Assembly: GCA_963823665.1 (NCBI GenBank)
Contig: CAWGMQ010000010.1
Coordinates: forward strand, 640,001 to 704,000
DNA: 64,000 bases
Direction of reading: 5' to 3'
Origin: an uncultured Planctomycetota bacterium
GTDB taxonomy: Bacteria > Planctomycetota > Planctomycetia > Isosphaerales > Isosphaeraceae
Shown: in pieces, positions 50,186-59,687 of the stretch
Numbering within the stretch: position 1 is the first letter of the stretch
Layout of the letters: every line of letters starts with the position of its first letter
The notes under the pieces: generated by a model
Told to the model about the DNA's origin: nothing
The model's database searches: none
The model's input: only the letters and a program-made list of their open reading frames with translations
Translations under genes and position numbers: made by a program

Positions 50186-50545
50186 ATGTCCCAAGGTCCT
50201 CGCCGGCACCTCCGCCTCGAAAACGTTGACGGAGTGACCGTTGTCAGCTTTGTCGAGTCGAAGATCGTCACCGAAGAGAACATCCAGGAAGTCGGCGACC
50301 AGCTCTACAGCCTGGTTGAGGAAGAAGGACACCGGAATCTCCTGCTCAATTTCGGGAACGTTCAATATCTTTCGAGCGCCGCCCTCGGCAAGCTGATCAA
50401 CCTCAAACGAAAAGCGGGAGCGGTCAAAGGCAAGCTCAAGCTTTGCTGCATTCATCCCGACCTCCTCGAGGTCTTTCGCATCACGCGACTTGACCAGGTC
50501 TTTGAGATTTATTCCGACGAGCAGGCCGCGCTCGACAAGTTTTGA
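50186..50545 (+). CDS. STAS-domain anti-sigma factor antagonist
   Basis: LLNFGNVQYLSSAALGKLI, EVFRITRLDQVF; AGGAG RBS. Confidence 0.9.
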   Translation: MSQGPRRHLRLENVDGVTVVSFVESKIVTEENIQEVGDQLYSLVEEEGHRNLLLNFGNVQYLSSAALGKLINLKRKAGAVKGKLKLCCIHPDLLEVFRITRLDQVFEIYSDEQAALDKF

Positions 50546-50981
50546 TCGACCACCGCTTCGCCTTGTGCAGCACCCCGAGCGCAGGAAGCTCGAGTGGTCC
50601 TCGTGGAAAGACTGGCCAGATCACGACGGGCACCCAGCGCCTCGGCTTTCGCGGCGCGGGACGTGCTTCCGCCGCGCGTTGCGCCTTGACGCTGTAGCCG
50701 AGGAAATCTGTCTGCCAGGCGCGCCTGAACAATCCCCGCGTTTTCCCGATGATCAGCCGCGCTCCGAGTGTCGCCAGGTCGAGCCTGCGCGGAACGGTCC
50801 ACGGACGAGCCAGCGATCGCCTGGTGATGCGCACGTAGGGCGGCGCACCACGCGGCTGCGCGGTCGCTGTGCCTGGTATGGGCAAATCGCCGTGCGCGGG
50901 CCCGTCCGGCGATCCCGGAATTCCGGCATCGGGGGCAATCGAAGTTCCGGGGGAGATCGGCGTGAATTCGGTTTCGAGCAT
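50481..50981 (-). CDS. Possible hypothetical protein
   Basis: AGAGG RBS-like sequence before the ATG; no recognisable motif; 3' end overlaps the STAS gene. Confidence 0.3.
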   Translation of the reverse strand: MLETEFTPISPGTSIAPDAGIPGSPDGPAHGDLPIPGTATAQPRGAPPYVRITRRSLARPWTVPRRLDLATLGARLIIGKTRGLFRRAWQTDFLGYSVKAQRAAEARPAPRKPRRWVPVVIWPVFPRGPLELPALGVLHKAKRWSIKTCRARPARRNKSQRPGQVA

Positions 50982-51418
50982 GGGGATCCTCTCTCAAGGC
51001 GGATGCCATCAGTTGGCCTCCTTTCCCGAGACGATCTACAGAAACGCGCTTTTTTTTGCGAAATTGGCCGCCGGCGGAAAATCGGTGTGCCGGTTACATC
51101 GATCGTGCCGGAAGTGCTCAAGAGAGGGGCCAGTTCAGTGTGATCGTGCTCGCTGCTGCGCACTTCCGCCCGTCACGGTGCGCGGGGGGTTGACAGAGAC
51201 GCCGACGCCGTGGACGATTCGCTTGCTAAGCTTGCGGAATTTCCGATAAGCTGAATCGCAAGGAACCGAAAAGGTTTTCGCTGAGATGTAGACGGCAAAA
51301 CAAGTTACGTTGAGCCGACGCGAGCAAGCGTACTCACCGACGTTCGGTGTAGCGGCCTAATCCAAGAGCGCAAACGGTACAAAATACCGTTTGCGAACCG
51401 TTTTGGAGGGTTCGCGCC

Positions 51419-52529
51419 ATGCCGAAGCTTGTCCACAAACGACCTGCCTACAGTCACCACAAACAATCAAATCGCGGCCGCGTTTGCATCGGGGGAAAAT
51501 ACCACTACCTGCCCGGTGCCTACGACTCGGCTGAGAGCAACGCCGCGTACTGGGCGTTGATCCATCGGCTCGAGAAGGGCGACGTCGTGGACGACGAAGC
51601 GAAGGGCCAGGCGGTCGAAGCTGGCCAGGTGGAGGAGCTCGGATGCGCCACACCTCCTGACGGTGGCGGAGCTGGTCGAGAAGTATGACAAGTATGCGGA
51701 GGGCTACTATCGCCAGTACGGTGAGCCGACAGCCGAGCGCCTCACGATCAAATACGCGATCCAGCCAGTGTTCGACACGCCGCACTACAAGCTTCTGGTT
51801 TCCGAGTTCAGGCCTCGGCACTTGAAGGACGTCCGGAAGGCCATGATTGAACGGAATTGGAGCCGGCGGCACATCAACGCATCCATCGGCCGGTTTCGGC
51901 GGATGTTCGTGTGGGCGGTGGAGGAGGAGTTCTGCTCCGAGGAGGTCGCGGGTGCGCTCATGATGGTGAAGACCCTGCGCGAAGGGCGAAACCCCGCGGT
52001 GCGCGAGAAGGCGGAGGTCAAGGCCGTCTCGAATGAGAATCTGGAGAAGATTCTCCCCTTCGTTTCGCGCGTCGTGGCGGATGTGATCGAGTTCATGCGG
52101 TTGACCGGCTGCCGACCGGGTGAGGTTGAGCGCGTGACGGTCGAAGATATCGACAAGAGCGATCCAGAGTGTTGGAAGTGCGTCATGCTTCGGCACAAGA
52201 CCGCCTACCGCGGCAAACGCCGCACGCTGCACTTCAACCCCAAGTGTCAGGCCGTCTTGACCCGTTGGATCGTCAAGGCGGGCTCTGGGCAGGTGTTTCC
52301 GCTCACGCTGGATGGATTGCAGACGGCAATTTCACGGGCTTGCCATAAGGCTGGCCTCGAGCGCTTTGGACCGAACGCGATTCGACACTTGGTCGGCACT
52401 GAGGCACGGAAAAAGACCGGGCTCGAGGGCGCCCAACATTTGCTTGGCCACGCTAGCGCGAGCACGACGGAAATATACGCTGAGCTGGACGAAGAAAGGG
52501 CGCGCACCGTCGCGCTGGCGATCGGTTAA
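51419..52529 (+). CDS. Tyrosine recombinase/integrase (frameshift near 51635)
   Basis: N-terminal arm-binding-like GKYHYLPG.YDS.ES; catalytic TGCRPGE, HKT, PNAIRH and LLGHAS..TTEIY. Confidence 0.9.
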
Positions 52530-52637
52530 TATTGGGTCGACGGCCGGGAGTAGCTACCCGGCTTTAGAACAGCCTCGCGGCGATCACTCCCCTATGGTGT
52601 TCGCCGCGTGGTCTGGTCCCTACATAGGGAGTTCGTC

Positions 52638-53132
52638 ATGGGCATTTCGTTTGAGAAGATTCGGTCGCGAACCAAGTCGGGAGACGGCCTCCGGCGCGAG
52701 AAGCTCGAAGCGTTCATCGCCGAGGTGGACGCAGAACTAAAGTTCATGGCATTTCAGTTCACGGCGCTCGGGATGATCCTGAACCTGCCACATACCGCCA
52801 ATGATCCCGACCAAGCCCAGACGGCCTACGCGGACACGCTCGCGATGCTCAATGAGGTTGAGCGACGGGGCGGCCTCGAGTCAATCTACAGTCGGGCCGT
52901 TGAGTTGCTTGGCCAAGTCGAGGCGCATGAAAGCGTCCCCTCGCGCCGGCGAACCAACAAGGGGGCTGCCGGAAAACACCAGGATCTTGGCGACGGCCTC
53001 AAGGCGATTCGTACCCGATTGGAATATCTCATTGGCGCGTACCCGGAAATTAAGAAGACGCTCGATCGTTATTCTGGCGGAAAGTTCGCTCTTGGGAAGG
53101 TCACGCTAGTTACTGACTTGTGGGGGGATTGA
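52638..53132 (+). CDS. Hypothetical protein
   Basis: GGGAG RBS; 164-aa helical ORF after the integrase. Confidence 0.6.
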   Translation: MGISFEKIRSRTKSGDGLRREKLEAFIAEVDAELKFMAFQFTALGMILNLPHTANDPDQAQTAYADTLAMLNEVERRGGLESIYSRAVELLGQVEAHESVPSRRRTNKGAAGKHQDLGDGLKAIRTRLEYLIGAYPEIKKTLDRYSGGKFALGKVTLVTDLWGD

Positions 53133-53188
53133 CTTTTCGTTACCCCGTGTTAGTATCAAGTCGATCCCGTTATCTTTGTCAGATAACG
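53129..53188 (+). promoter_or_regulatory. Candidate sigma70 promoter (TTGACT-N16-TAGTAT, extended -10) with downstream operator-like palindrome CGTTATCT-N5-AGATAACG
   Basis: Read directly from the sequence; lies upstream of the xis-like/replication operon. Confidence 0.55.
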
Positions 53189-53309
53189 CGGAGTCACGTC
53201 GAGTGATATGAGACCGGCGAGAGGCCGGCTGTCGTTCGACCCGACCGTCCCCTGCGAGCCAGGTGGGGCGGGAAGGGTCACGCAGCCTTCATGCCTTGGA
53301 GCCGGATAG

Positions 53310-53543
53310 ATGAATCCCGCAACTGAGACGCGATCCGCAGAATGGATCACCGGCGCAGCCGCGCGCCACATTCTGGGACGATCCGCCACGGTTCTGCAGC
53401 GCGCTGCAATGTTGGGCCAGATCCGCGTTGCGCTCGATCCCGGCATCCCGCCGCGCTACAACCGCGATGATGTCCAACGGCTCGCGCAGGCCTCGCCGTG
53501 CGCCGAATCCCGCAATTCTCGCGGGGAGCTCCAGCCATCATGA
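53310..53543 (+). CDS. Excisionase/AlpA-like winged-HTH protein
   Basis: WIT..AA..ILG.S..VLQR....G.I........RYNRDDV. Confidence 0.65.
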   Translation: MNPATETRSAEWITGAAARHILGRSATVLQRAAMLGQIRVALDPGIPPRYNRDDVQRLAQASPCAESRNSRGELQPS

Positions 53544-53845
53544 GCGTCACGGCATACCTGCGCCCGGCGCAGGCGGCAAAAGTCTGGCCGCACACTGGCC
53601 GGCCGCCGCATCCATCAAAAATCGTCCGCGCGATAACTCCCGGCACGAGGTCAATCACCCGTCCGGGTGAGCGGATCAAGCTGCGCGCCATTCGGGACAC
53701 GCAGGGATGGTTGACCACCGCTGAGTGGATCACCGATTTTATCGCCGCGGTGACACTGGATCGGGGCGGCACAAAGCCTCAGCGAAAACTAATCGAGGCC
53801 CGTGCGGAAGATGCGCGAGCCAGGTTAATGGCGAGTGGGTGGTGA
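53540..53845 (+). CDS. DUF1580-like small DNA-binding protein
   Basis: L...QAA...P...RPPHPS.I.R....G........KL.A.R....W.TT..WI.DF; ATGA-coupled to the previous gene. Confidence 0.65.
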   Translation: MSVTAYLRPAQAAKVWPHTGRPPHPSKIVRAITPGTRSITRPGERIKLRAIRDTQGWLTTAEWITDFIAAVTLDRGGTKPQRKLIEARAEDARARLMASGW

Positions 53846-53849
53846 AGGG

Positions 53850-54224
53850 ATGCCCGCCACGGTTGCACCCGTTGGCGGGCTCGAGTGTTCAACGGAGTCT
53901 TACGAGATGGATGATACGCCAGCAGACAAGCCGACTACAAGACCGCGCCGGCGGACGCATCGTCGCGACAGTGTGGCTAAGAAGTGTGACCACGTGCGAG
54001 CCCTGGCGCTGGTCGCGCTCGACTTGTGGTTGTGTTACTACGGGGCGGGCCCGAGTCAGGTCATAGACCACATGCTTCGGACCCTTGGCGGCGACCAGGG
54101 CGATGAGAAGCTAATCGAGGCAATCTCTCAGGCCGCGCGTCGATGGGCGAAGCGAAGGGGTAGCTACAAGGATTCCGACGCTGACATCATCGTTCGGATC
54201 GCACGGAGGGACGCCGGAAAATGA
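53850..54224 (+). CDS. Hypothetical protein
   Basis: Lies within the tightly coupled operon. Confidence 0.5.
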   Translation: MPATVAPVGGLECSTESYEMDDTPADKPTTRPRRRTHRRDSVAKKCDHVRALALVALDLWLCYYGAGPSQVIDHMLRTLGGDQGDEKLIEAISQAARRWAKRRGSYKDSDADIIVRIARRDAGK

Positions 54225-54427
54225 GTCGTTCCCTCACAGATCAACAAGAGTTCGGATTCATTGCCGAAGCGCAGCCCGCGCCCGAGGCCAAATGCCCGGT
54301 GTGCAGGCGCAAGGCCCGATTCCGGGGCACGGCCGGCATGGAGGATAAGTTCGTCTGCTCGGAACTGACCTGCCGCCAAGAGTTCAGAGTGCTCGATCAC
54401 CGGCGGCCACGGAGGGCGGGCGCATGA
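54221..54427 (+). CDS. Small zinc-ribbon-like protein
   Basis: CPVC and CSELTC; ATGA overlaps on both sides. Confidence 0.55.
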   Translation: MSRSLTDQQEFGFIAEAQPAPEAKCPVCRRKARFRGTAGMEDKFVCSELTCRQEFRVLDHRRPRRAGA

Positions 54428-57099
54428 GCGGCCGGGTCTTCATTGAGCAGACCGCCGAGGGTATAGCCGAAGCTATACGCAGCTCCGTCAACGGCAATGG
54501 GGACGGCAACGGCTATCACGACGTGATTGAGCTGGTGCCCGGCGCACGCGCCACGCCGCGGGAGCAAGCTCTTGAGATGCTCGACTTGGGGTACTGGCCG
54601 ATTGCGATTTATCCAGTCGGTGCGCGGATCCGCACTAAGACGGGCGAGAAGATCGCCAAGGGCAAGGAGCCAATCGGCAAAGCCTGGGGCCTCGAGCGGC
54701 GGTCTCGCGAGCAGCTCCTGATCACGTTTCGCGATTTCCCCGCCGCGGGGGTCGGTTTCGGCCTGGGGCCAGAGCGTGGGCCCGGTGGGCTCTGGCAGAT
54801 GGATATCGAGGGCGACGGGCCTTTGGCTGAACAGTCACGGGCTCGCTTGTTCGGGGGGAAGGTGCCCCACACTCCGACCAGCCGGAGCCGGCGGGGTGAT
54901 CATACCTATCTCGCCGACAAGCAAGAGACGGTGAAGAAACTACTCGAATCGCTCGCCGCGGCGGGGGCGAAAGAGCGAACGAAGGAGGGGAAGCCCGGGG
55001 TTTATCACCTCGAGGAATTCCCGGACCTGGAATTTCGCCTCGGAGGATTCAAGGAAAAGGATGGCGCTGTCAAACAAGTTCAGACGGTTCTGCCGCCCAC
55101 GACGACAGATGACTTTGCCCGAACGTGGATTATCGGGCCGGCGGTTCCGCTCTCGCCGATTCCTGAATCCGTGTTCGACCTCCTGGACGACATCATCGAA
55201 CGCAAGGGCATGCAGGCGGAGCATGCGCGAACCGTCGAGGACTGGAAACGGAACGGGAGCCCCTTGAAAAGGACCGTCCCCGCGGACGTTGACGACGACG
55301 AACCCCGGGCGCGGATGACTCAGCGTGAGGCACAGCTCAAATGGGCGCAGCAGGGGCTAGCGATTGAGCTCGAGAATTTCGCGGGCCAGAGGGAAGGCAA
55401 CCGGCACGCGTACCTTTTAACCCTCTCGTGCAATCTCGCGTCCAAGGTCAAGGCCGGGGTTTTGACCAATGAGGAATGTCTGTCTGGCCTGAAAAACGCT
55501 GCGATCAGGAACGGCATGGGCCAAGAGCGCTTTGATGAAGTCGAGGAAGCTTGGCGCACTGCACCCGATCAGGTTGACGCGGCGGAACTATCGCACGTCG
55601 GACTCGAGTGCTTGGAAAAGTTGGAGGACGACCAGGAAGATGACGACCAGGACCAAGAGGGGACGGGGGCCTCGGCCGGGGCGCGGCCCCAGCAGCTCGG
55701 CAGGGTCGACAGCGTCAGGCTCGCGCGCCTGAAATGCACCGACCTGGGGAACGGGGAGCGACTCGTCGCGCGGCACGGGGACAATTTCAGGTTCTGCTAT
55801 CCCTGGGGCAAGTTTCTGGCGTGGGATAGCACCCGGTGGAGGGTCGACAATACTGCCGCGGTGAAGCGCATGGCGAAGCGGACGGTACGGAAAATGTACG
55901 ACGAAGGCAGCACAATCACGGATGAGAAAGAACGGAAGAATTTCTTTGCCTGGGTGTTCGCCAGCGAGAGCAAGAGGGCGATCGATGCAATGATCGGACT
56001 CGGAAGCTCAGAAGAAGGCATCCCAGTTCTTCCGGAGGATCTCAATCGTGATCCTTGGCTCCTGAATTGCACCAACGGAACGGTGAATCTGAAAACCGGG
56101 CAACTCCGAAAACATGACAGGGCAGACCTGATCACTGTTTTGTGTCCTACCGAATTTGATCCATCGGCGACGTGCCCGACGTGGGGAGCGTGTCTCGAAA
56201 CGATATTCGCCGGCGATCGAACGTTGATCCAGTTCATCCAGCGATTATTCGGCCTGGCACTCACAGGCGAAGTCTCGGAGCAGATCCTGCCCATTTGCTG
56301 GGGGGAAGGTAGCAACGGCAAGTCCACCATTCTGAAGACGATTCTGGACGTCATGGGGCCAGACTACGCGATCACGGCAGCCCCTGGGATGTTGATCGTC
56401 AAGCACAATGAATCGCACCCTACGGAACGCGCAGACCTGTATGGGAAGCGTCTGGTGGTTGACATGGAATCCGCGGAGGACGCGCGGCTGAACGAAACGC
56501 TCGTAAAGCAGCTCACAGGCTCGGATAGGATCCGCGCAAGACGCATGCGTGAGGATCATTGGGAATTCGATCCGACGCACAAGCTGATGATGTGCACCAA
56601 CCACAAGCCGGCGGTGAAGGAGACTAAGCACGCGATCTGGAGACGGCTGAAGCTCATTCCGTTCACGGTCAAGTTGGAAGGCGAGAAAGAGGATAAGCGG
56701 ATGCCGGAGAAGCTGAGGAGCGAGTTCCCCGGAATCCTGGCCTGGGCCGTTCGAGGTTGCTTGGAATGGCAGAAAAACGGCCTCGGCGTGCCCGAAGTCG
56801 TCACAAAAGCCACAAGTGAGTACAGGGAAAGTGAAAACATCGTCTCATCATTCATTTCCGAGTGCTGTGTCACCGGTGGCAATTATCGCGAAAAATCCAC
56901 GCATCTTTACCACGCATATCGCACTTTTATGGAACGATCGGGCGAAGGTTCCGTGAGTCAAAAACGCTTCGGTGAGGCCATGACGGAGCTGGGTTATGAG
57001 CGTCTGCCAAATAATGGGATCTGGTATCTGGGCATAGCTTTACGTTCGGCTCAAAGCACTGAAGCAAAGGCGGATTCCAATTGTGAGGCCAACACATGA
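54424..57099 (+). CDS. P4-family phage/plasmid primase-helicase (Prim-pol-like N-terminus, D5_N, SF3 helicase)
   Basis: GKEP..AW, DIEG, G.RH, TDLGNGERL, LN..NG.VNL.TG, GEGSNGKST, VKQLTGSD.I.AR, N.KP, IWRRL..IPF. Confidence 0.92.
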   Translation: MSGRVFIEQTAEGIAEAIRSSVNGNGDGNGYHDVIELVPGARATPREQALEMLDLGYWPIAIYPVGARIRTKTGEKIAKGKEPIGKAWGLERRSREQLLITFRDFPAAGVGFGLGPERGPGGLWQMDIEGDGPLAEQSRARLFGGKVPHTPTSRSRRGDHTYLADKQETVKKLLESLAAAGAKERTKEGKPGVYHLEEFPDLEFRLGGFKEKDGAVKQVQTVLPPTTTDDFARTWIIGPAVPLSPIPESVFDLLDDIIERKGMQAEHARTVEDWKRNGSPLKRTVPADVDDDEPRARMTQREAQLKWAQQGLAIELENFAGQREGNRHAYLLTLSCNLASKVKAGVLTNEECLSGLKNAAIRNGMGQERFDEVEEAWRTAPDQVDAAELSHVGLECLEKLEDDQEDDDQDQEGTGASAGARPQQLGRVDSVRLARLKCTDLGNGERLVARHGDNFRFCYPWGKFLAWDSTRWRVDNTAAVKRMAKRTVRKMYDEGSTITDEKERKNFFAWVFASESKRAIDAMIGLGSSEEGIPVLPEDLNRDPWLLNCTNGTVNLKTGQLRKHDRADLITVLCPTEFDPSATCPTWGACLETIFAGDRTLIQFIQRLFGLALTGEVSEQILPICWGEGSNGKSTILKTILDVMGPDYAITAAPGMLIVKHNESHPTERADLYGKRLVVDMESAEDARLNETLVKQLTGSDRIRARRMREDHWEFDPTHKLMMCTNHKPAVKETKHAIWRRLKLIPFTVKLEGEKEDKRMPEKLRSEFPGILAWAVRGCLEWQKNGLGVPEVVTKATSEYRESENIVSSFISECCVTGGNYREKSTHLYHAYRTFMERSGEGSVSQKRFGEAMTELGYERLPNNGIWYLGIALRSAQSTEAKADSNCEANT

Positions 57100-57108
57100 G
57101 TCATATAA

Positions 57109-57210
57109 GAACGGAATCAACGGAACCATTTTCTAGGTTCAACAGCCTTTCCACGCGTGATGAGGGCGCAATGCCAGAAAGTGGTTCCGTATCCTTCCGT
57201 TCCTTCCGTT
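57109..57210. other. Candidate replication origin (convergent ACGGAA iterons)
   Basis: ACGGAA at 57111 and 57120; TTCCGT at 57185, 57195 and 57204; immediately after the primase-helicase. Confidence 0.5.
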
Positions 57211-57529
57211 GGGGCCTCGGCGACCATCGTTCGGCAGTCATTGAGAACACTGGGCCCGGCGCCGGCGCTGCACCTGAACAGTGACCGGCGCCGGGATGGG
57301 GGAGGGGTAGTCAGGCAATGCGACCAACAGCAGCACAGCACGAGCGGAGCCCGAACATTTTGCTACGAGGACCGCAGCTCGATGCGAATTTTACGGACGC
57401 GCTCACATGCGCGGCCACCTGCGGTTTGAAGCGCGCGACTTTTCAGTAATTCACTACCCCCCTACCGGTAGAGGCCCCCCCTCCCGACGAGAGGCCCGAC
57501 ATCCTTCCGAACAATCCGATTGACATCCA

Positions 57530-57558
57530 TTGATATTAAAAACACATGACGCTATAAT
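57530..57558 (+). promoter_or_regulatory. Near-consensus sigma70 promoter TTGATA-N17-TATAAT
   Basis: Read directly; GAGG RBS and ATG at 57596 follow. Confidence 0.75.
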
Positions 57559-57595
57559 GATTAGTAGTACCCGCACACTAACGAGGCACCGACTC

Positions 57596-58210
57596 ATGAG
57601 CCATCGCAGTAGAACAGCACGAGCCGTTGAATCCTTCCGGAACGCAGCCGAGACCATCGGCCCCATCGAAAAGGACATGGCATTGTTCGCGCTTACGAGG
57701 GGACAGTTCAGCATGCTTGACATGGTTCTACACGTCCTGAACCAGATCGGCCCCGCCCACGTCAGCGTATGGACTTGGGCAATCGCCGACTATGAAGTCG
57801 AGGCCATGTCCGGATTGATGGCGCGACGCGAGATTCTCGCAGGCACGTTAATCATTGACCAATCAGCCGACCGCAGAAACCCAGCTATCATCGAGGCGTG
57901 GCGAACGCGGTTCGGGGACGACTCGGTTAAGGTGTGCAAGAACCACAGCAAAATCGCCCGCACGTGGAACGACGAATATCGGGTGTTGCTTCGCGGTTCG
58001 ATGAATCTCAACTATAACCCGAGATATGAGCAACTCGACATAACAGAGGGGGGGCCAGCCTTCGACCTGGTCGAACGCATCGAATCAGAGTTGAGGGTGT
58101 TGCCCCGGAAGTATTCCAACGCCGATGCCGAGTCGGCGACCGGCGTTAATCGAGCGTGGGAGCACGGACAACTGGCGATGTTTCAAGGACTCAAAACATG
58201 GGCGAAATAA
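57596..58210 (+). CDS. Phospholipase D-like (HxK) nuclease-fold protein
   Basis: NHSKI...GSMNLNYNPRYEQ single HKD-like motif. Confidence 0.7.
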   Translation: MSHRSRTARAVESFRNAAETIGPIEKDMALFALTRGQFSMLDMVLHVLNQIGPAHVSVWTWAIADYEVEAMSGLMARREILAGTLIIDQSADRRNPAIIEAWRTRFGDDSVKVCKNHSKIARTWNDEYRVLLRGSMNLNYNPRYEQLDITEGGPAFDLVERIESELRVLPRKYSNADAESATGVNRAWEHGQLAMFQGLKTWAK

Positions 58211-58488
58211 GCCGCACCGACATCATCGCTCGACTTGTGAAGGCAGGCACGCCCAGCAGCACGGCGACCCTTTACGCCGACCAATTTCTAACCTACGCCG
58301 AGGCACAAGCGAACGTCGAAAAAAACGGATGCATCGTAAGCCACCCTCGCACGGCGAACCCCCTAACAAACCCTTATCTACCAATCCGAGATGCCGCAGC
58401 GAAAAACCTCGCAGCCATCAGGGCACGCGGCACCGACTTTCTATGGGACACCGGCACGGCCCCGACCAGGAGGAAGAAGAGTGAGTGA
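58198..58488 (+). CDS. P27-family terminase small subunit-like protein A
   Basis: Y.EAQANV.KNG.......NPYL.I...A...L core motif. Confidence 0.55.
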   Translation: MGEISRTDIIARLVKAGTPSSTATLYADQFLTYAEAQANVEKNGCIVSHPRTANPLTNPYLPIRDAAAKNLAAIRARGTDFLWDTGTAPTRRKKSE

Positions 58489-58882
58489 ACGGAAACGAAC
58501 GGCACCCCGAGCCGGCGAAACCGGATTCAGCCGAGGCCCAATTGAGCCCACGTCAAAGCTCAATCGCCAGGAAATGGCGGAGTTCAAGAGGCTCATTCGG
58601 GTACTAACGCAACTGGGATCCCTGAGCAAGGTCGACTTGAACCTGCCCACCCAGGCAGCACGAATCAAGGTCATGCTCGACGACCTGCATGAGGAAAACG
58701 ACACCGCCTGCAACGCCCGAACGATCAGCCTTCTGACCGCGCAGCTCCGCGGTCTTCTACGAGAGATGGGCGCCACCTTGCAGCCGAGCCGGTCGGCAGT
58801 GAGACCAAATCGCCGAATCGATGACCAGGCCGGCGACCCCTACGCCCAGTGGCGAGCCATGTTGTCCGCAAAGGGAGGATGA
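58481..58882 (+). CDS. P27-family terminase small subunit-like protein B
   Basis: P..KLN.....F..L...L...G.L..VD and L..LL.EMG.T..SR motifs. Confidence 0.55.
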   Translation: MSERKRTAPRAGETGFSRGPIEPTSKLNRQEMAEFKRLIRVLTQLGSLSKVDLNLPTQAARIKVMLDDLHEENDTACNARTISLLTAQLRGLLREMGATLQPSRSAVRPNRRIDDQAGDPYAQWRAMLSAKGG

Positions 58883-58886
58883 GTCG

Positions 58887-59390
58887 ATGGACGGCTTCGA
58901 GGCCTGGGCCATTTTGCACGGGCGACCGTTAACCCGCGTGGGGAATGAACCCGACCTGTCCGACGAGCCGGCGCTTTGGGCGGAGCTCTGGCGGCAGTTC
59001 CGATTGGAGTTGCTGCCCGGCGAAATCAAACACCGGCCGGGCCAGCGTCCAAAATCGTGGTGGCAATTCGACGCGCCGGAAGAACGCCCAGAAGCAGAAT
59101 CAGAGGTTGAATTCCTCCACCGTTATGGGCTGATCGAGCCGGACGAATTGGAAGCGATCCGAAAGAAGGCCAAGACCCTCGCCGAGTACAACCGGACCCG
59201 CCGTCCCGATCGATTCGGCGACAACTATCTGCCGCCCGATGACCTCGCACTTTTCGCAGTCGCTCACGAGCTGGTGACGCCGGAGGAAATCGAAATCTTG
59301 ACCCGGCTCGAGACGATCGGGTGGTACTGGAAGAACCCTCCCAAGTCACCGACGAACGGCCAGGCGCACGATTCTGATAGCGGACTCTAA
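58887..59390 (+). CDS. Phage/satellite hypothetical protein
   Basis: RPG.RP..WW.FDA...ESE..FL.R.GL motif; GGAGG RBS. Confidence 0.65.
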   Translation: MDGFEAWAILHGRPLTRVGNEPDLSDEPALWAELWRQFRLELLPGEIKHRPGQRPKSWWQFDAPEERPEAESEVEFLHRYGLIEPDELEAIRKKAKTLAEYNRTRRPDRFGDNYLPPDDLALFAVAHELVTPEEIEILTRLETIGWYWKNPPKSPTNGQAHDSDSGL

Positions 59391-59427
59391 CCACGTTTTT
59401 TGATTCTCAAACCTGAAAGGACAGATC

Positions 59428-59631
59428 ATGAGTGCATCGCAAGGCAACAATCGCGACAACCCGATTCCGACAGGGGACAAGCCCGTGGACTCAATCATCG
59501 GTCCGCTCCTCGAGCAACAAGACGGGCCAAAGGACAACCCGCCTCCGAAGCAACGCGACCCAGTTATGGGTGGCAAGGGCGCTCTGACTGGCGGCTACGG
59601 CTGGCAGTCGATTCCGCGCGGCAAAAAGTAA
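59428..59631 (+). CDS. Small hypothetical protein
   Basis: AAGGA RBS; 67 aa, co-directional with the element. Confidence 0.45.
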   Translation: MSASQGNNRDNPIPTGDKPVDSIIGPLLEQQDGPKDNPPPKQRDPVMGGKGALTGGYGWQSIPRGKK

Positions 59632-59687
59632 ATGCTTGCTCCGATCAATCCGTTGTGATTTCACGAATCTCAAACTGAGAGGGCACA

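Noticed and set aside
51335..51365. tRNA-like GGTGTAGCGGCCTAA next to the integrase
   Set aside because: Resembles a D-arm, but no anticodon arm, T-loop (GTTCGA) or acceptor stem follows; no tRNA can be supported.
51600..51690. Programmed frameshift in the integrase
   Set aside because: No slippery heptamer seen, and similar breaks occur throughout the window, so sequencing error is more likely.
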